Below the pieces are notes generated by a model, which saw nothing but the letters and a program-made list of their open reading frames with translations, was not told the origin of the DNA and did not search any database. 64,000 nucleotides of DNA from Guillardia theta CCMP2712 (Eukaryota; Protista; Cryptophyta), in the NCBI RefSeq assembly GCF_000315625.1, contig NW_005434595.1:1-64000 (forward strand), read 5' to 3'. A program made the translations under genes and the position numbers. Numbering within the stretch: position 1 is the first letter of the stretch; each line of letters begins with the position of its first letter. Shown here in pieces: positions 13,058-25,437 of this stretch.

Positions 13058-13950
13058 TCTGAACAGTGGGAGGCAACTTGAACAGTATGTTTTTACGCTT
13101 GTCCTGTAATTGTCCGGAAAGTCGAAACGCCATTATTGGACTACCCACCCTTGTGGTTGAGGCTTTTTGGGGGTAAGCACCCCTTCTTGGGAGACCCCGA
13201 AGTTGACGTCTCGGGACGGGGGGCGATCTCGAGATCTTTCCCCCTCCGACTGTACCTGATGTTTTAGTCAACTGTGTGACTCTTTGATTTGACGGTCAAA
13301 CAGGAATCAGCGGGCGCATCGTCATTACGTACCGATTTTTTTAACTTAACTTTTGAACTTCGAGATAGGGGGATGAGGGGCTCCTACCTCCGCTCAGCGG
13401 TACCATTGTCCCTACGGCGGTGCTACTATCCCTAATAGGGTGCCCTACGGCGGTACGACTGTCATAGTATCGCTACGCCGGTGCTATCATCCCTACGGAA
13501 ATACTACGGTACGGTACGTCCCGGGCGGCGGTAGTCGCTTTTTTTACTCAATTGAAGTTGAAAAACAGTAGTGAGGCGTAAAGTGACGGGCTGTCAACTT
13601 CCCTGATCAGAAGAGGGGTAGTAAGATAGGCTGATACCCCCTTGAACGAGGGTCAAAGAAGGGGTGGTGAATTGAAGGTGAACCCCTTGCGCAGTGGTTT
13701 TATAGCCACAACGAGTCGGTGTAAAGTACCCCATGTTTGAATGGAACTATGGCACTACCGGTGGTGGGATCGGCGGCGGTCACGAGGTCGGAGGAGGGCA
13801 TGTGATCAGAGCAAATCAGTTGAGCATTCAAGAGAAAACAAACATCTCAGACTACAAGCATCCAACAAGAAATTAACAACACCAGAACAGCAAGAAAACA
13901 CTTCTGTCAAGCCTTGAGTCTGTACTCCAAGGTAGCTGCATCTGTTCACA

Positions 13951-15222
13951 ATGAGCATAGACACGCACAACGTATCTTGCTCCCTCGAGTTCTCCCCCCC
14001 AAGCACACAAACAAGCCTCCTCTCCCCCCCCTCCGACGCCTCTCCCAAGCAGGAAATTACACCTCCCGACGCTCTGGATGACTCGACCCGCTCCCAGAGT
14101 CACACCGACCCTCACGTAAGTCAGACCAGCTCTGGCAGGCGATCCTCCCTCAATGAGGACTGCCCCATCCTCCTCGAGCTCGCCTCACATCACGCCGTCC
14201 TCAAGGAGCCTGACCTGGCGAGGTGCGACTCGTTCGTGCTTCGTCGCTCCTCGTTGACCATCGGGGAGCTGCTCGGGCAAGGGTCTTTCGGAGAGGTCAG
14301 ACGAGGCGTATGCAAGGGCAGGCCCGTGGCCGTCAAGACGCTGTGCCCCAAGCTCGACGTGCGGTCGAGGGAAGGGAAGGAGCTGCTCAAGGAGATCGAG
14401 ATGATGAGCCATGGCTTCAAGCACTGCAACGTGGTGGAGTTCTACGGCATCTACGAGCACGGCGGGCTGCCATGGCTGGTGATGGAGCTGATGCCAGGAG
14501 GGAACCTCGAGCACTACTACGAGACCAAGAAGCAGGCGCGACGGAGCCGGCAGTGGCGACCGAGGATCAGCAGGGCAGTGTCGTGGGTAGAGGACATCCT
14601 GAGCGCCTTGACGTACCTGCACTCGCAGACGCCTCCTGTATTTCACCGCGACATCAAGCCAGCCAACATGCTGCTCTCTGCTGACGGCCGCTCCATCAAG
14701 GTCGGAGACTTCGGGGTCAGCCGCCGGTGCCCTCGCTCCTCCACGACGAGCCCGACGCCAGAGCAGCAGGACCAGCACCCTGCTGGGAGCGAGCCGGGCT
14801 ACAACCTCACGGGGACGACAGGGACGTTCCGGTACATGGCTCCGGAGATCTACCGAGGAGAAGCCGACTACACGGCGGCAGTGGACGTGTACTCCTTCGG
14901 GCTGTTGATGTGGTTTATCTTCGCCGGAGGCCATCCCTTCAGCAACATGGACGGCCATGCAGTTGCCCAGCTGGCGTCGACGTACGGCTACTTCCGGCCG
15001 CTGGAGCTAAAGGAGCGCATGATGCCCAGGAAGCTGGGAGACATGATGAAGCGATCATGGGCGATGAAGGCAGAGGAGAGGCCGAGGGCGGAGGAGCTTC
15101 TTTGTGAGGTAGAAGCGTGGAGGATGGATTACGTGTCCGGGATGGCAAGGTGTGCGGGAGGTTGGCAGAGGAGAAATTGGTTTTCGTGGCTAGCAGGGAC
15201 TTGGAATTGCATCCCGGTGTAG
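13951..15222 (+). CDS. TKL-group protein kinase, copy 2, intronless; inverted duplicate of copy 1
   Basis: Same motifs, 423 aa ORF. Nearly identical to 11837-13057 except the first few codons and the C-terminal tail. Confidence 0.95.
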   Translation: MSIDTHNVSCSLEFSPPSTQTSLLSPPSDASPKQEITPPDALDDSTRSQSHTDPHVSQTSSGRRSSLNEDCPILLELASHHAVLKEPDLARCDSFVLRRSSLTIGELLGQGSFGEVRRGVCKGRPVAVKTLCPKLDVRSREGKELLKEIEMMSHGFKHCNVVEFYGIYEHGGLPWLVMELMPGGNLEHYYETKKQARRSRQWRPRISRAVSWVEDILSALTYLHSQTPPVFHRDIKPANMLLSADGRSIKVGDFGVSRRCPRSSTTSPTPEQQDQHPAGSEPGYNLTGTTGTFRYMAPEIYRGEADYTAAVDVYSFGLLMWFIFAGGHPFSNMDGHAVAQLASTYGYFRPLELKERMMPRKLGDMMKRSWAMKAEERPRAEELLCEVEAWRMDYVSGMARCAGGWQRRNWFSWLAGTWNCIPV

Positions 15223-15229
15223 GGCCGCG

Positions 15230-16500
15230 GCTCAGCAGGTGACGGCGGGCCACTGGCTCAGTATGATCCGTGACTCAGCCTGCAGAACAGCTCGGCTGAG
15301 TTCTGGCAGTTTGTGGCACTGCCACCCGGCGGCGGCCGGGCGCCGGCTCAGCGGCTGACCCGCCAGCCTACTACCGTACCGTAATGACTTCAAACGTTGT
15401 CCTCGTACTGCTTTTTCAGTAACTTAACTTTGAGTAAAGAAGATCATGAACCGTCATACACCTAAATTGGTTAGTTGTGATTGACTCGATTCAATTCGAA
15501 AGTGCCATCACTGTGATCATTTTAGTATCCCAGGCCGGACTCCGATGTGAGTGAGCCGTCACTCGCTCGGATGCCACTCGGCGGATGGCCGCCCGGCCGC
15601 TGTGACTCCGACTGAGTCGAGCCGGGGCACCGTCACCGGCAGCCTCGGACGGTGGCGCCGCCGCCGCTTCGAGCCCGAGTCACTGACTCCCGAGCCGGCG
15701 GCCGCGCGGCCGCGGCCATCGGCGGCCCGGCCGCAACTTGTGCGGCCATGCCATGATAGGCCGGGCTCACCGGCGTACTGGCAGGCACGTTGAAAGTTCC
15801 GAGTTCCGAGTTCTGCCTGGTCAGTGCCGGGCCCGGTACGCCTTGCACGTGGACGGGTGACACGGCCGGGCATCTCCGTCCTGGCGCCGGCGCGGTCACC
15901 GGGTGGGACCCGGTCACGGGCGGGGACCCGGGCCCGGCCCCCGGGCCCGCCCGTCACTGAGTCAGAGTCACGTCACGGCGTGCCGCGGCCGCCGCGCGAT
16001 GCCGACCGTCACGGTGGCGGCCCCGTCACTAGTACGGGCCGGTCACCGGCGTACCGTCGCCGGCCGCGTACGGTACTGAGTACGGTCACTCAGCCTGGCA
16101 GCGGCGNNNNNNNNNNNNNNNNNNNNNNNNNNNNNNNNNNNNNNNNNNNNNNNNNNNNNNNNNNNNNNNNNNNNNNNNNNNNNNNNNNNNNNNNNNNNNN
16201 NNNNNNCCCCCCCCCCGGGGCCCGCCCCCCCGGGCCCTTCGGAAGTTGACTTCAAGAACGGGGTTCGTGGACCGGGCCCCCCCCGGGTTGAAACCTCGGG
16301 AAACCGACGTTTACCTGCCAGTGCCGCCTTTGAGAAGGGCCGGTTCGGGTGCTTACCCCCCGGCCCGGGTAACTTGAAACTGAAATGAACTGAGTGACTC
16401 GGCGACGACTGAGGGCCCCGATCGGCCCGCCTCGGAGAGCATGCGTTTTAATTTTTAGATGGCCCCCCATCAATGCGACCCCCTCCTGGGCCCTCCATCT
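15230..16500. other. GC-rich short-word mosaic island with conserved AT-rich core
   Basis: Dense CCGG, CGGCCG, GAGTC/GACTC, GTCAC, CGTACGG and AAGTT words; core AACTTAACTTTGAGTAAA at 15421-15438. Contains an N gap. Confidence 0.75.
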
Positions 16501-16770
16501 CAACCCTACCTGACCCTACCCCCTCTTATCACATAAATTTCAGGGGATTTGTAGGGGTGATTTCATCCGGCCATGAGGTTTCCACCTGTACCTGATGACA
16601 GGCAACGTTTGCGAAGATTACCAGCCTTCTGGTACAAAATTAAATACTTTTAGACCTCTAAATAATTCATTTGTACCACATTCTTGGGCGTCATATGTTT
16701 ATATGTGTTTTACAAGCTTTTTTGCCAGTAGCGTCCCCCTTGCAACAGGACGACGGCGGATAGAGCGAGG

Positions 16771-16827
<57 letters not shown>
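16771..16827. repeat. (GCAGGA)n microsatellite
   Basis: Tandem hexamer, about 9 copies. Confidence 0.9.
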
Positions 16828-16828
<1 letters not shown>

Positions 16829-17044
16829 AGCAAGACCCAGATCATACTTATACTGAGCTCGAGCAAGAAAGGGAAGGCAGCAAGAGAAGATCAGAAAATC
16901 GCTTGTGTTAGGTCTTCATCTGCCTTCGTAAGGGTCAACAAACTAGCACAAGCGCTCTAGCTCGCCAATCTCTCTACCTCCTCTTCCCTCTATTTGTACT
17001 AGACTGCTCAGAGTGCATCAGCTGCTGATTGATCGTTATCTGCC

Positions 17045-17473
17045 ATGTCGTTCCTTTCGTCTCGGTTCATCGCTTCTTCAAATTCGTCGCTTCGCATGTC
17101 GTTCAAGAAAGCCAGGAATATCATTCCTTCTTCGGGCATGGTGAGCCGCAAGCTGGGGTTTGTTCCTTGTTGCCCAATGCATCATAAGCACGAGTCAAGC
17201 TTCAGCCAAGTAGAAGTTCCTTCCTTCATCGACCACGAGGAGAAGAAGTTGAAAGACGCCATTCACAAGATGTACGCTCCTCAGATCTCAACCTTGTTGC
17301 TCCTGCACGTCGGATCCCACTCAAAGGTTGTTGATAGTCAACGCGAGGACGAACAGGAGAGCGCATCGTTCTTTGTGTACAAATACAAGGAGATGGGGTT
17401 GTCCCTTGTGTCCGGTATGCTAGTCGGGTCGATACTATACTTCACGATAGAGAAGAGGAAACAGAGATTGTGA
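17045..17473 (+). CDS. Small protein with mitochondrial-type presequence and C-terminal TM helix; probable in-frame intron ~17272-17337
   Basis: Ser/Arg-rich, acid-free N-terminus (MSFLSSRFIASSNSSLRMSFKKAR), hydrophobic GLSLVSGMLVGSILYFTI followed by a basic tail, and a 66-nt GTACGC...GATAG candidate intron. Confidence 0.6.
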   Translation: MSFLSSRFIASSNSSLRMSFKKARNIIPSSGMVSRKLGFVPCCPMHHKHESSFSQVEVPSFIDHEEKKLKDAIHKMYAPQISTLLLLHVGSHSKVVDSQREDEQESASFFVYKYKEMGLSLVSGMLVGSILYFTIEKRKQRL

Positions 17474-17555
17474 AAGTATCCGAGGGGCTGATCTTCATTT
17501 GAGAAGTTTTTGTTTGTTTAAACGTTGTATCAGTAGATTGCAATTGAGAAAAATT

Positions 17556-20500
17556 CTACTTCTTTGACTTCTTTGACTGCCAAGAGAGTCATCCTAAAGG
17601 ATTTCCAACACGATTGCTTTCAACACTCACCTTCTTCTTCTTCTTCTTCTTCTTCTTGGACGAATCCTCCTCGTCCTCGTCCTGCAATCACTGTCATACA
17701 GCACCTCGGCTCCTTCCTTTCATCTTACATTCGCTTCTTTCTCCGCCTCCTTCCTCTTGATCTCCTCCTGCACTCCCTGTCAAGAACCTCCCCTTCTTCT
17801 CCTTCTCCTTCACCATCATCTCCTTCATAATGTCGTCGTCTTCTGCGCCTCCTTCTGGGGCTGATGCTGCAGCAATCTCGGCATAGACCTAGAGGATGAT
17901 GAGCATGTTGCCGTGAGCACAATGATGATTGATGGTGAGTGATGGCCATGATGATGATGGTAATGGTGGTGGTGATGATGATAATGATGTTGTTGTTGTT
18001 ATTGTTGATGATGTTGATGACGATGGGGAGGAGCTAGAGGAGAAGCAATATGTTTCAGGAGGAGGACGATGATGACGGTGGTGGTGATGCTGACGAGAAG
18101 GAGGAGGAGGGGAGCACGTGGGTACCTCCTCGCAGTCTCTCTTCTCAAGCTCCCCAAGCGATGAGTAAGGCCCAGTCTTGATCTGTTGGATACCATGATG
18201 TGAGAGCGGAATCAGAGAAAGGGGAGGGAGGGAGGGAGGGAGGGAGGGAGGAGGAGGGGGAGGAGGAGGAGGACAAAAGGAGCAGGAGAGGAGGAGCAGA
18301 AGACTGTCTTACTCTTCCACTCAGAACGTGATCGAGAGTAACTCCGAGCTCGTTGGAGTTGAACTTTCCGACATGGAGGTGCGACCTCTGCTTGGAAGGA
18401 GAGAGGATGACCATGGTTGGAACCTGCAGGAGACGATCAGTCAGCATGAAGACAAAAGGGGAGGAAGAGGAGGTGATGCTGCGAGTGAGCTGCGACTGTG
18501 AAAGAGCAAGAGCAGGAGGAAGGAGATGAAAGAGAGTTTGAACGCGCTGTGGAAGAGGGAGCAAGGGAGGAGAGTCAATATGTTTCCGTCAACCTTGTTT
18601 CCATCGACGTCGAGCTTGGAAGCGAAGTCATAATGGCATGTGGCGTCGATCCAAGAAAAGTGGAAGGGAGAAGGATGCTTCTTTGCGCGAAGTTCTTCCT
18701 GCGGGTCAAACATGAGACGCGATAGGAAGGACGAAAGATGAAGAGGAAGAAAGTGTGGGGGAGAGGAGGAAGCAAAAGCAGAGGGAGTAGAGGGAGCAGA
18801 GGGGATTGATGATGGGGGAGAGTACGGAGAAGAAGGAGGAGGGAGGGGAGGGAGGAAGAAACGAAGAGGAGGATAGGAGCAGGAAAGGGGAGAGGAGGAA
18901 GAAAACCAGGCAATCAGGAGCAGGAGGTGTGGAAGGAGGAGGAGGAGACTTACAAGCATCTTGAGTTGCTCATCCCTTTTCTCCTTGTTCTCAGGTGAGC
19001 CATCAAGAAACGCGATGGCGCACAGACCTCCCTGTCAGCAGAGGGTGAGATGAAGATGTACATGCTGAAGCTGGAAAAGTGAAGAGAGGAGACAAGGGTT
19101 GAGTATGTAGAGGGAGGAGGAAAAGATAGAGAGAAACGATNNNNNNNNNNNNNNNNNNNNNNNNNNNNNNNNNNNNNNNNNNNNNNNNNNNNNNNNNNNN
19201 NNNNNNNNNNNNNNNNNNNNNNNNNNNNNNNNNNNNNNNNNNNNNNNNNNNNNNNNNNNNNNNNNNNNNNNNNNNNNNNNNNNNNNNNNNNNNNNNNNNN
19301 NNNNNNNNNNNNNNNNNNNNNNNNNNNNNNNNNNNNNNNNNNNNNNNNNNNNNNNNNNNNNNNNNNNNNNNNNNNNNNNNNNNNNNNNNNNNNNNNNNNN
19401 NNNNNNNNNNNNNNNNNNNNNNNNNNNNNNNNNNNNNNNNNNNNNNNNNNNNNNNNNNNNNNNNNNNNNNNNNNNNNNNNNNNNNNNNNNNNNNNNNNNN
19501 NNNNNNNNNNNNNNNNNNNNNNNNNNNNNNNNNNNNNNNNNNNNNNNNNNNNNNNNNNNNNNNNNNNNNNNNNNNNNNNNNNNNNNNNNNNNNNNNNNNN
19601 NNNNNNNNNNNNNNNNNNNNNNNNNNNNNNNNNNNNNNNNNNNNNNNNNNNNNNNNNNNNNNNNNNNNNNNNNNNNNNNNNNNNNNNNNNNNNNNNNNNN
19701 NNNNNNNNNNNNNNNNNNNNNNNNNNNNNNNNNNNNNNNNNNNNNNNNNNNNNNNNNNNNNNNNNNNNNNNNNNNNNNNNNNNNNNNNNNNNNNNNNNNN
19801 NNNNNNNNNNNNNNNNNNNNNNNNNNNNNNNNNNNNNNNNNNNNNNNNNNNNNNNNNNNNNNNNNNNNNNNNNNNNNNNNNNNNNNNNNNNNNNNNNNNN
19901 NNNNNNNNNNNNNNNNNNNNNNNNNNNNNNNNNNNNNNNNNNNNNNNNNNNNNNNGGACGTACTTCCTCCTCCTCCTCCTCCTCCTCCTCCTCCTCCTCC
20001 TCCTCCTCCTCCTCCCTTCCTCCTCCTCCTAGTCCCTTATCTCTCGCCTTGTCCACCTTTCCTTTCCCTTCCTCCTCGTCACCTGCAGGCTATCCAGGAC
20101 GTTCTGGGGAGGGTTGGCAAAGAGACCGCAAGCCAAGACTCCCTTGTAGTGGAGGGCGACAGACTTGTAGAGAGCGGTAGGGTTGTCCTTCTTGGAGAGC
20201 AGGAGGACACGAGGTCGCTGGAAAGAACTTTAGAAGCACTTCCCTCCTTGTTCTGCTCCTCCTCCTCCTCCTCCTCCTTCTCATTCTCCTTCTCTTCCTC
20301 CTCAAAAACCGATGCATCAACATCCACATCATCGCTGTCGTCGGCAGCATCTCCTTCTTTCATCCTCCTCTTCCTCTTCCTCTTCCTCCTCCTCATCCTC
20401 CTCCTCCTCATCACCTCCGCTGCTGGCTCCAAGAACGAATTCCATGTGGCTCCCCCAACAGCCTGCACGAGTTGTCGTCAAACTTTATCCTCCACATCCC

Positions 20501-22764
20501 CATGCTCGTCCTCGTCCTCGTCCTCGTCTTTCTCCATTTTCTTCTTCATCGCTTCCGACCAATTTTAACCCCCCCAGTCCGCCTTCCAGCTTTTGCCAAC
20601 CTCTTTCCTTCCTCTGCTTGACCTCAACTCCTGCGGTCCTCACCTGAACGAAGTTGGGCATGTTCTCTGTGACGAAGTCGCTCATGGCCTCGATCTCCAT
20701 GCAGTCCTCCTCGCACGTGGCGGCGCCAGTGAAGTCTTCATGCTCGCTCTTGTCCTCCATGTACATCCTCAAGCTGTTTCAAAGTCAGGCGAGCATTCTC
20801 GTCTCGTTCACTCTATCCTGCTCTGTGCTCCTTCCTGCCTCCCTGCCTCTCCCTCTCCCTTCCCCCCGCTTCCTTCTTCCTCCTCCTCTCGTCTGCTCAC
20901 CGCTGTCCCTTCTCTGATCCTTGCTCCTTGCAGACATCGGCAGCCTTGCTGCAGTCCAGAGAAGCGAAGTTGAAGCTCTTGGAGGAGGAGGCCAGTTGAT
21001 CAATACTCTTGGGAACCTGACAGGCACTTAGAAACACAGTTCGATCAATGCATGTGAGAGAAAGTGACGATGTGAACGATTGGCACAAGTCAGTGGAAGA
21101 ACAAGATAAAGATTCATCGGACATTGTTCGTATCTTCTCACCTTTCCTCCATCATGAAAGAACACCAACCACAAGTCATTCTTGTCCTTCAGAACCTTGG
21201 CAAGTTCTCATCAACCGTCATCAATAATTCCTTCACACCCCTCACCTTCTCGTTGAACGACTCAGCAGTCAACGCTTGCACAAGAGAAGGCAGCTTCTGA
21301 GCCAGGAGAGGATCATCCTGTTTCTTGTCCGCTGGAAGAGCATGCGAGGAGATGAAAGATTGGATTTCTTCCTTCTTAATCTTCCCCTCATGCTTCATGG
21401 CCTTGCTCGCATCTTCATCATCACCATCAGCATATCACCGCATGCCCCACACGCTTCTTCACCTTTCCCTGGGATCACCACCAGCTTTGGAGAGCTCTCA
21501 ACTCCAAACTTGGAAGCCAACTCCTTCTCAGAAGCAAGAGCCTGATCCTCCATCTCAGCACACCTCCTCCTCCTCCTCCTCTTCCTCCTGCTCCTGCTCC
21601 TGCTCCTCCTTGTGTCCTCCTCCTGCTCCTGCTCCTGCTCCTCCTCCTCCTCCTCCTTGTGTCCTCCTCACCTGCCCAAACCTCATTCTTCCCTTGTACT
21701 GGATCGCCAGCGAGCGGAAGAGAGGGGAGGTAGCCTCTTTGTCGGAGAACAACAGAGCCTGTTGAATAGGTACATGTTACATAAGCCGTCACGTTTCTTG
21801 CAGTTGATCTCATCTTGCCCTCAACACTGTCACAGTCCCCATCCCTTGTCTTGACCTCACATAGCAACATATTTCATGAGTTTCACATACCTCACTCCAC
21901 CAACAACAACAAACAACAAATTTCACACAACACACAGCAAACAACAACCACTGCACAACAAACAGCAGAAAACACACAACACCCTCTCATCTCCACCTCC
22001 TCACCTTCGGATACTCATCATCCAAGAAATCTGTCGCGTTCTCTCCCTTCACAACATGTACATAGTTGGGAAGCTGCGACAGGACCGTGTCGACAATCCC
22101 CTTAGCGCTCCGGGGACCATTGTAGTCTGACGGAAGCTTTGCGCTCTTTCTCGTGTACGGGTTGTACGTCTTCTCAACAGGGAAGACCTTCAATGTCGGA
22201 AATCCTCTCACGCCAAACTTCCCGCAGAGTTGTTTATCCTCGTCACAGTTGACGGCTCCGACTTTGATCAGCCCGTGGAGGTTCTTTGCAACTTTCTCAT
22301 ACTGAGAGGAGAAGATCAGCAGTGTTCTTTTACATGTAATACGCAAACATGCAAGTTTGAAACATCGCACCACGACCTCTTCCATCATCATATCACAACC
22401 TCAACTTCCCTCTATCACACCAGCTGACACCACCAGCTCACCTGAGGAGCAAGTTGCTTGCAGTGGCCGCACCATGGTGCGTAGAACTCAACCAGCCAGA
22501 ACGAGTCGTCTGACTCCATCACTTGCTCATCGAAGTCCTTCCAACCCCCTCAGTCAGAACTTTCATACGAGCATCGTGGTCTCCTCGCAGAGCATCGATC
22601 CTCTCACTCTGCCCTCCACCGCCTCCTCCCTCACTCTGTACCGCAATGTCCCTCACCTTGGCAGTCAAGCCGATCACCCTAGAGTCTGCATCCTCGTAAA
22701 AGGCGTTGACTCCTCCGACCACGAGCACGAGGCCAAACGCCAACAGACACGCTGATCGTGCCAT
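17556..22764 (-). CDS. Protein disulfide isomerase family (PDIA6/MPD1-like) multi-thioredoxin protein, many exons
   Basis: Signal peptide [21 protein letters not shown]; exon 22537-22442 [20 protein letters not shown]; then [28 protein letters not shown] and redox-inactive Trx-like repeats (ALLFSDK...[11 protein letters not shown]; VLLLSKK...[11 protein letters not shown]; LCAIAFLD; [11 protein letters not shown]). Acidic then poly-Lys tail ends at TAG 17558-17556. Spans the gap 19141-19956. Confidence 0.88.
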
Positions 22765-23559
22765 TGCCAGAGCTGGCAGAAGAAGATCAGAGGATAAACA
22801 ACGCTGGGGGTGAAAGGGGTTGACACAGCCGAGGGATCAGCAGCGATCGCATGCTGTTGAATGTGAGCTTGCTGAGGAACGTACTGCGAAGACAACATGG
22901 TAGCAGAGATTGAGAATGCACAAGAGAAAAGAATCCTCACTCAAGAGGCAAAGACAATGGGCCATTCCCCACAATCGGAACTCTATCACGAGCAGGAGAT
23001 GAGAAATTGTGTGATAAATCAATACGTGAGAACCAAACTGTAGGGGTAGGATGCAGGAGACGATGAGATATGAAGTATACGTGAAAGAAGAGGCATCCTT
23101 CACGGGAAAGGATAGTGCGAGAGTGTATCAATGCGAGTGGAAGGCATGCGCCGACGGTGAACTGGTGATAGAATTTGGTCGAAACGGGAGGACAGGTCAT
23201 GGGAGAAGCGTATGAGATGTCTCAAGGTGGGGAGGAGATATCGCAGAGAGAAGGGGAGAGGAAGGAAGAGAAAGGTAGCAGGAGGGCGCGACTAGCTGGC
23301 AGGAGGAAACGCGCATGTTCGCAGCGACTGAATCATCCGTGCATTGGGAATGGAAGCACAGGAGGGGGGGGCGATGGTAAATGACTAGGTGGGGGTAGTC
23401 ACCCCTACCCCCTTCATATAGTTATTTTGATTAGAGCGCTTCAGGTGCAATGTAGGTGGGTACCCTCTGCAAAGTTTTTGTGGTGCGCCAATAATAAGAA
23501 CCCGTGTAAACACCACTAAAAGTAGGGGTAGGGGTTCTTGCCGTTCCCTTTCCGTTATC

Positions 23560-23940
23560 TGCTGATGTCATCAGAACATCTCGAACGTGGACCCGGTGAC
23601 CGTTATCGCATTGAAACCGATCGCCGCCGCCGGCCGCCGCCCCGGGCCCGGCGGGCCCGGCGGGCCGCTGCGCCGCTCACAGGAGCGGCGGTGATCGGAA
23701 CGGGTGCCGCAGTGCCGGTGCCAGTGGCGGCACCGTGGGCCGGGACACTCGGAGCGCCGGGCCGGCCGGGCCGCTGACGGTGGCCGGCGCCGGCTAGCCC
23801 TGACTCGTGACTCAGCACTCAGTGACTGGCCGGGCGGCCCGCCGCCAGATCACCGATCATCATCGCGGGGGCCCCGGCCCGCGCCGGGTCACCGTCGTGA
23901 CGGTCCTAGTGCCGCGGGGCGGCAGACGGTACCATCCGAT
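23560..23940. other. GC-rich short-word mosaic island
   Basis: Same word vocabulary (CCGG, GGCC, GTGACTC, TGCCA, GGTACC); adjoins a GGGGTA/TACCCC zone at 23390-23535. Confidence 0.7.
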
Positions 23941-24203
23941 CAATATAAAAGAAGCCGACAGAAAGTCTGATTTGCCATGCATTGAATTGAGACGTTAAAA
24001 TTACACCCTCTTGATCACTTTCGCTCCTTCCGATGTTCGTACCTTCCAAGTTGTCTTCATGTTCGCACTGTAGCACACACACAAACTGTCTTTAGCTGCA
24101 TCGCATCACTTTTCTATTCCTCTCCTGCCCTCTCACAGTCTTCCTGTCAGTTACCAGCAAGGCAAACTAAAGTATGCTCTAGATCTTAAGAGGAGCAATC
24201 GCG

Positions 24204-24549
24204 TCATTGCTGCGAGTAGATTGAAATCCCAAGCAGAACTGCCTCGTGATACTTCGACTTTCTGTAGATCAAAACTCCCCACCACACTGACCACAACCAT
24301 CCCAGGAGGATGGGAAAGATGAAAAACTGTATGACCTATTCACAAGTCAGCCGCTCAGTGACTAGCATGTGAAACGAGATATACCCCGATGAAGACTGTA
24401 GATGAGCTATTGGCCTGCACGCCGGCAAAGATGCTACCAAGACCAGGGATGAAGATATTCAAGAGCAAGCAAAGCAAACCCGTGGCGCGAGGAACGGAAG
24501 GAACCTGTTGGTTCTTGATATCCATGTATGTATTCTCACACAAGCCCAT
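24204..24549 (-). CDS. SPEC3/Stum-family small membrane protein, 2 exons
   Basis: VPSVPRATGLLCLLLNIFIPGLGSIFAG spliced to VIQFFIFPILLGWLWSVWWGVLIY (exon from 24335), matching the N..PGxG...Q...GWxWSxxWG pattern of this family. Confidence 0.8.
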
Positions 24550-25437
24550 CTTGAAATGATCTACCGCCTATTCGAAAGCATCAAAACACGCCAGACACGA
24601 CCCGATATAGGAGACAACTGATGAGGCTTATCCTTAGCATTTCAATTCACGCTTCATGACATCATTGCAGATCATGGTCTAGTCGCATCCACACGTCTTG
24701 TTCTCTTTGGCTTAACTTCGACCTTCCTCTTTGCCAATCTTGCTCTCTTCTGTTCACTTCGTCTTCCATCATTTCACCATCTTTTACCTTTGATTCGGTC
24801 TCATCCTTATTTCAATTTTCCTCTTCTCCTCTCCTCCCGAGTGTAGTTCTCATCGTTCCACAAACTCTCCCAACATTCTGCTTCACTAATCAACTCTTTT
24901 CCTTTTCAATTCAAACCATTTGTTTACATTAACCTCCCCTGCTCTTCTCTCTCTTTCTAAGTATGTTTTCACTTTATAGTCTGTCTTCTCGTCACATATT
25001 CTCTTCTATGCTCTCATTCTTGTCATCCTGTCTTCGCTTCCCTTCTCCTCCTGTCCTGTCCTGTCCTGTCCTGTCCGTACTGTACTGTACGGTACTGTCC
25101 TCCTCTCCTCCTCTGCTACTTACTCGCACTTCTTCTTCTTCCTCTTGGTCTTCTCATCTTTCCTTCTCAACTTCTCTTGCCATCTCCTCCCTCCCCTACC
25201 CCTTTAAGACCAGCATGACCGCCTACAGTTCGTTGCGACTGACGTTACAGTATAATATACACGACAGTTACATCTCAATGAAGATGTAACGGGTTTCAAC
25301 AGTCTTGGCCAAAACTCCGAGGAGCTGGTGCTTGAATTATTGTTTGCTGTCTTTTTGTTTTATCTAAGTAAGTGTTGAGGCAGACTCGTACATTAGCCTC
25401 CAACAACAATTGAGTAAACGCCTTGTTCACAGTCACG

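Noticed and set aside
12050-14958. 257-aa and 153-aa overlapping ORFs in both kinase copies
   Set aside because: Shadow frames of GC3-rich kinase coding sequence, duplicated only because the kinases are.
15551-16503. Arg/Pro/Gly-rich ORFs in this and the other GC islands
   Set aside because: Open in many frames because high GC depletes stop codons; no motifs and no consistent strand.
18950-20056. 368-aa ORF in the track
   Set aside because: Mostly an N gap inside the PDI gene.
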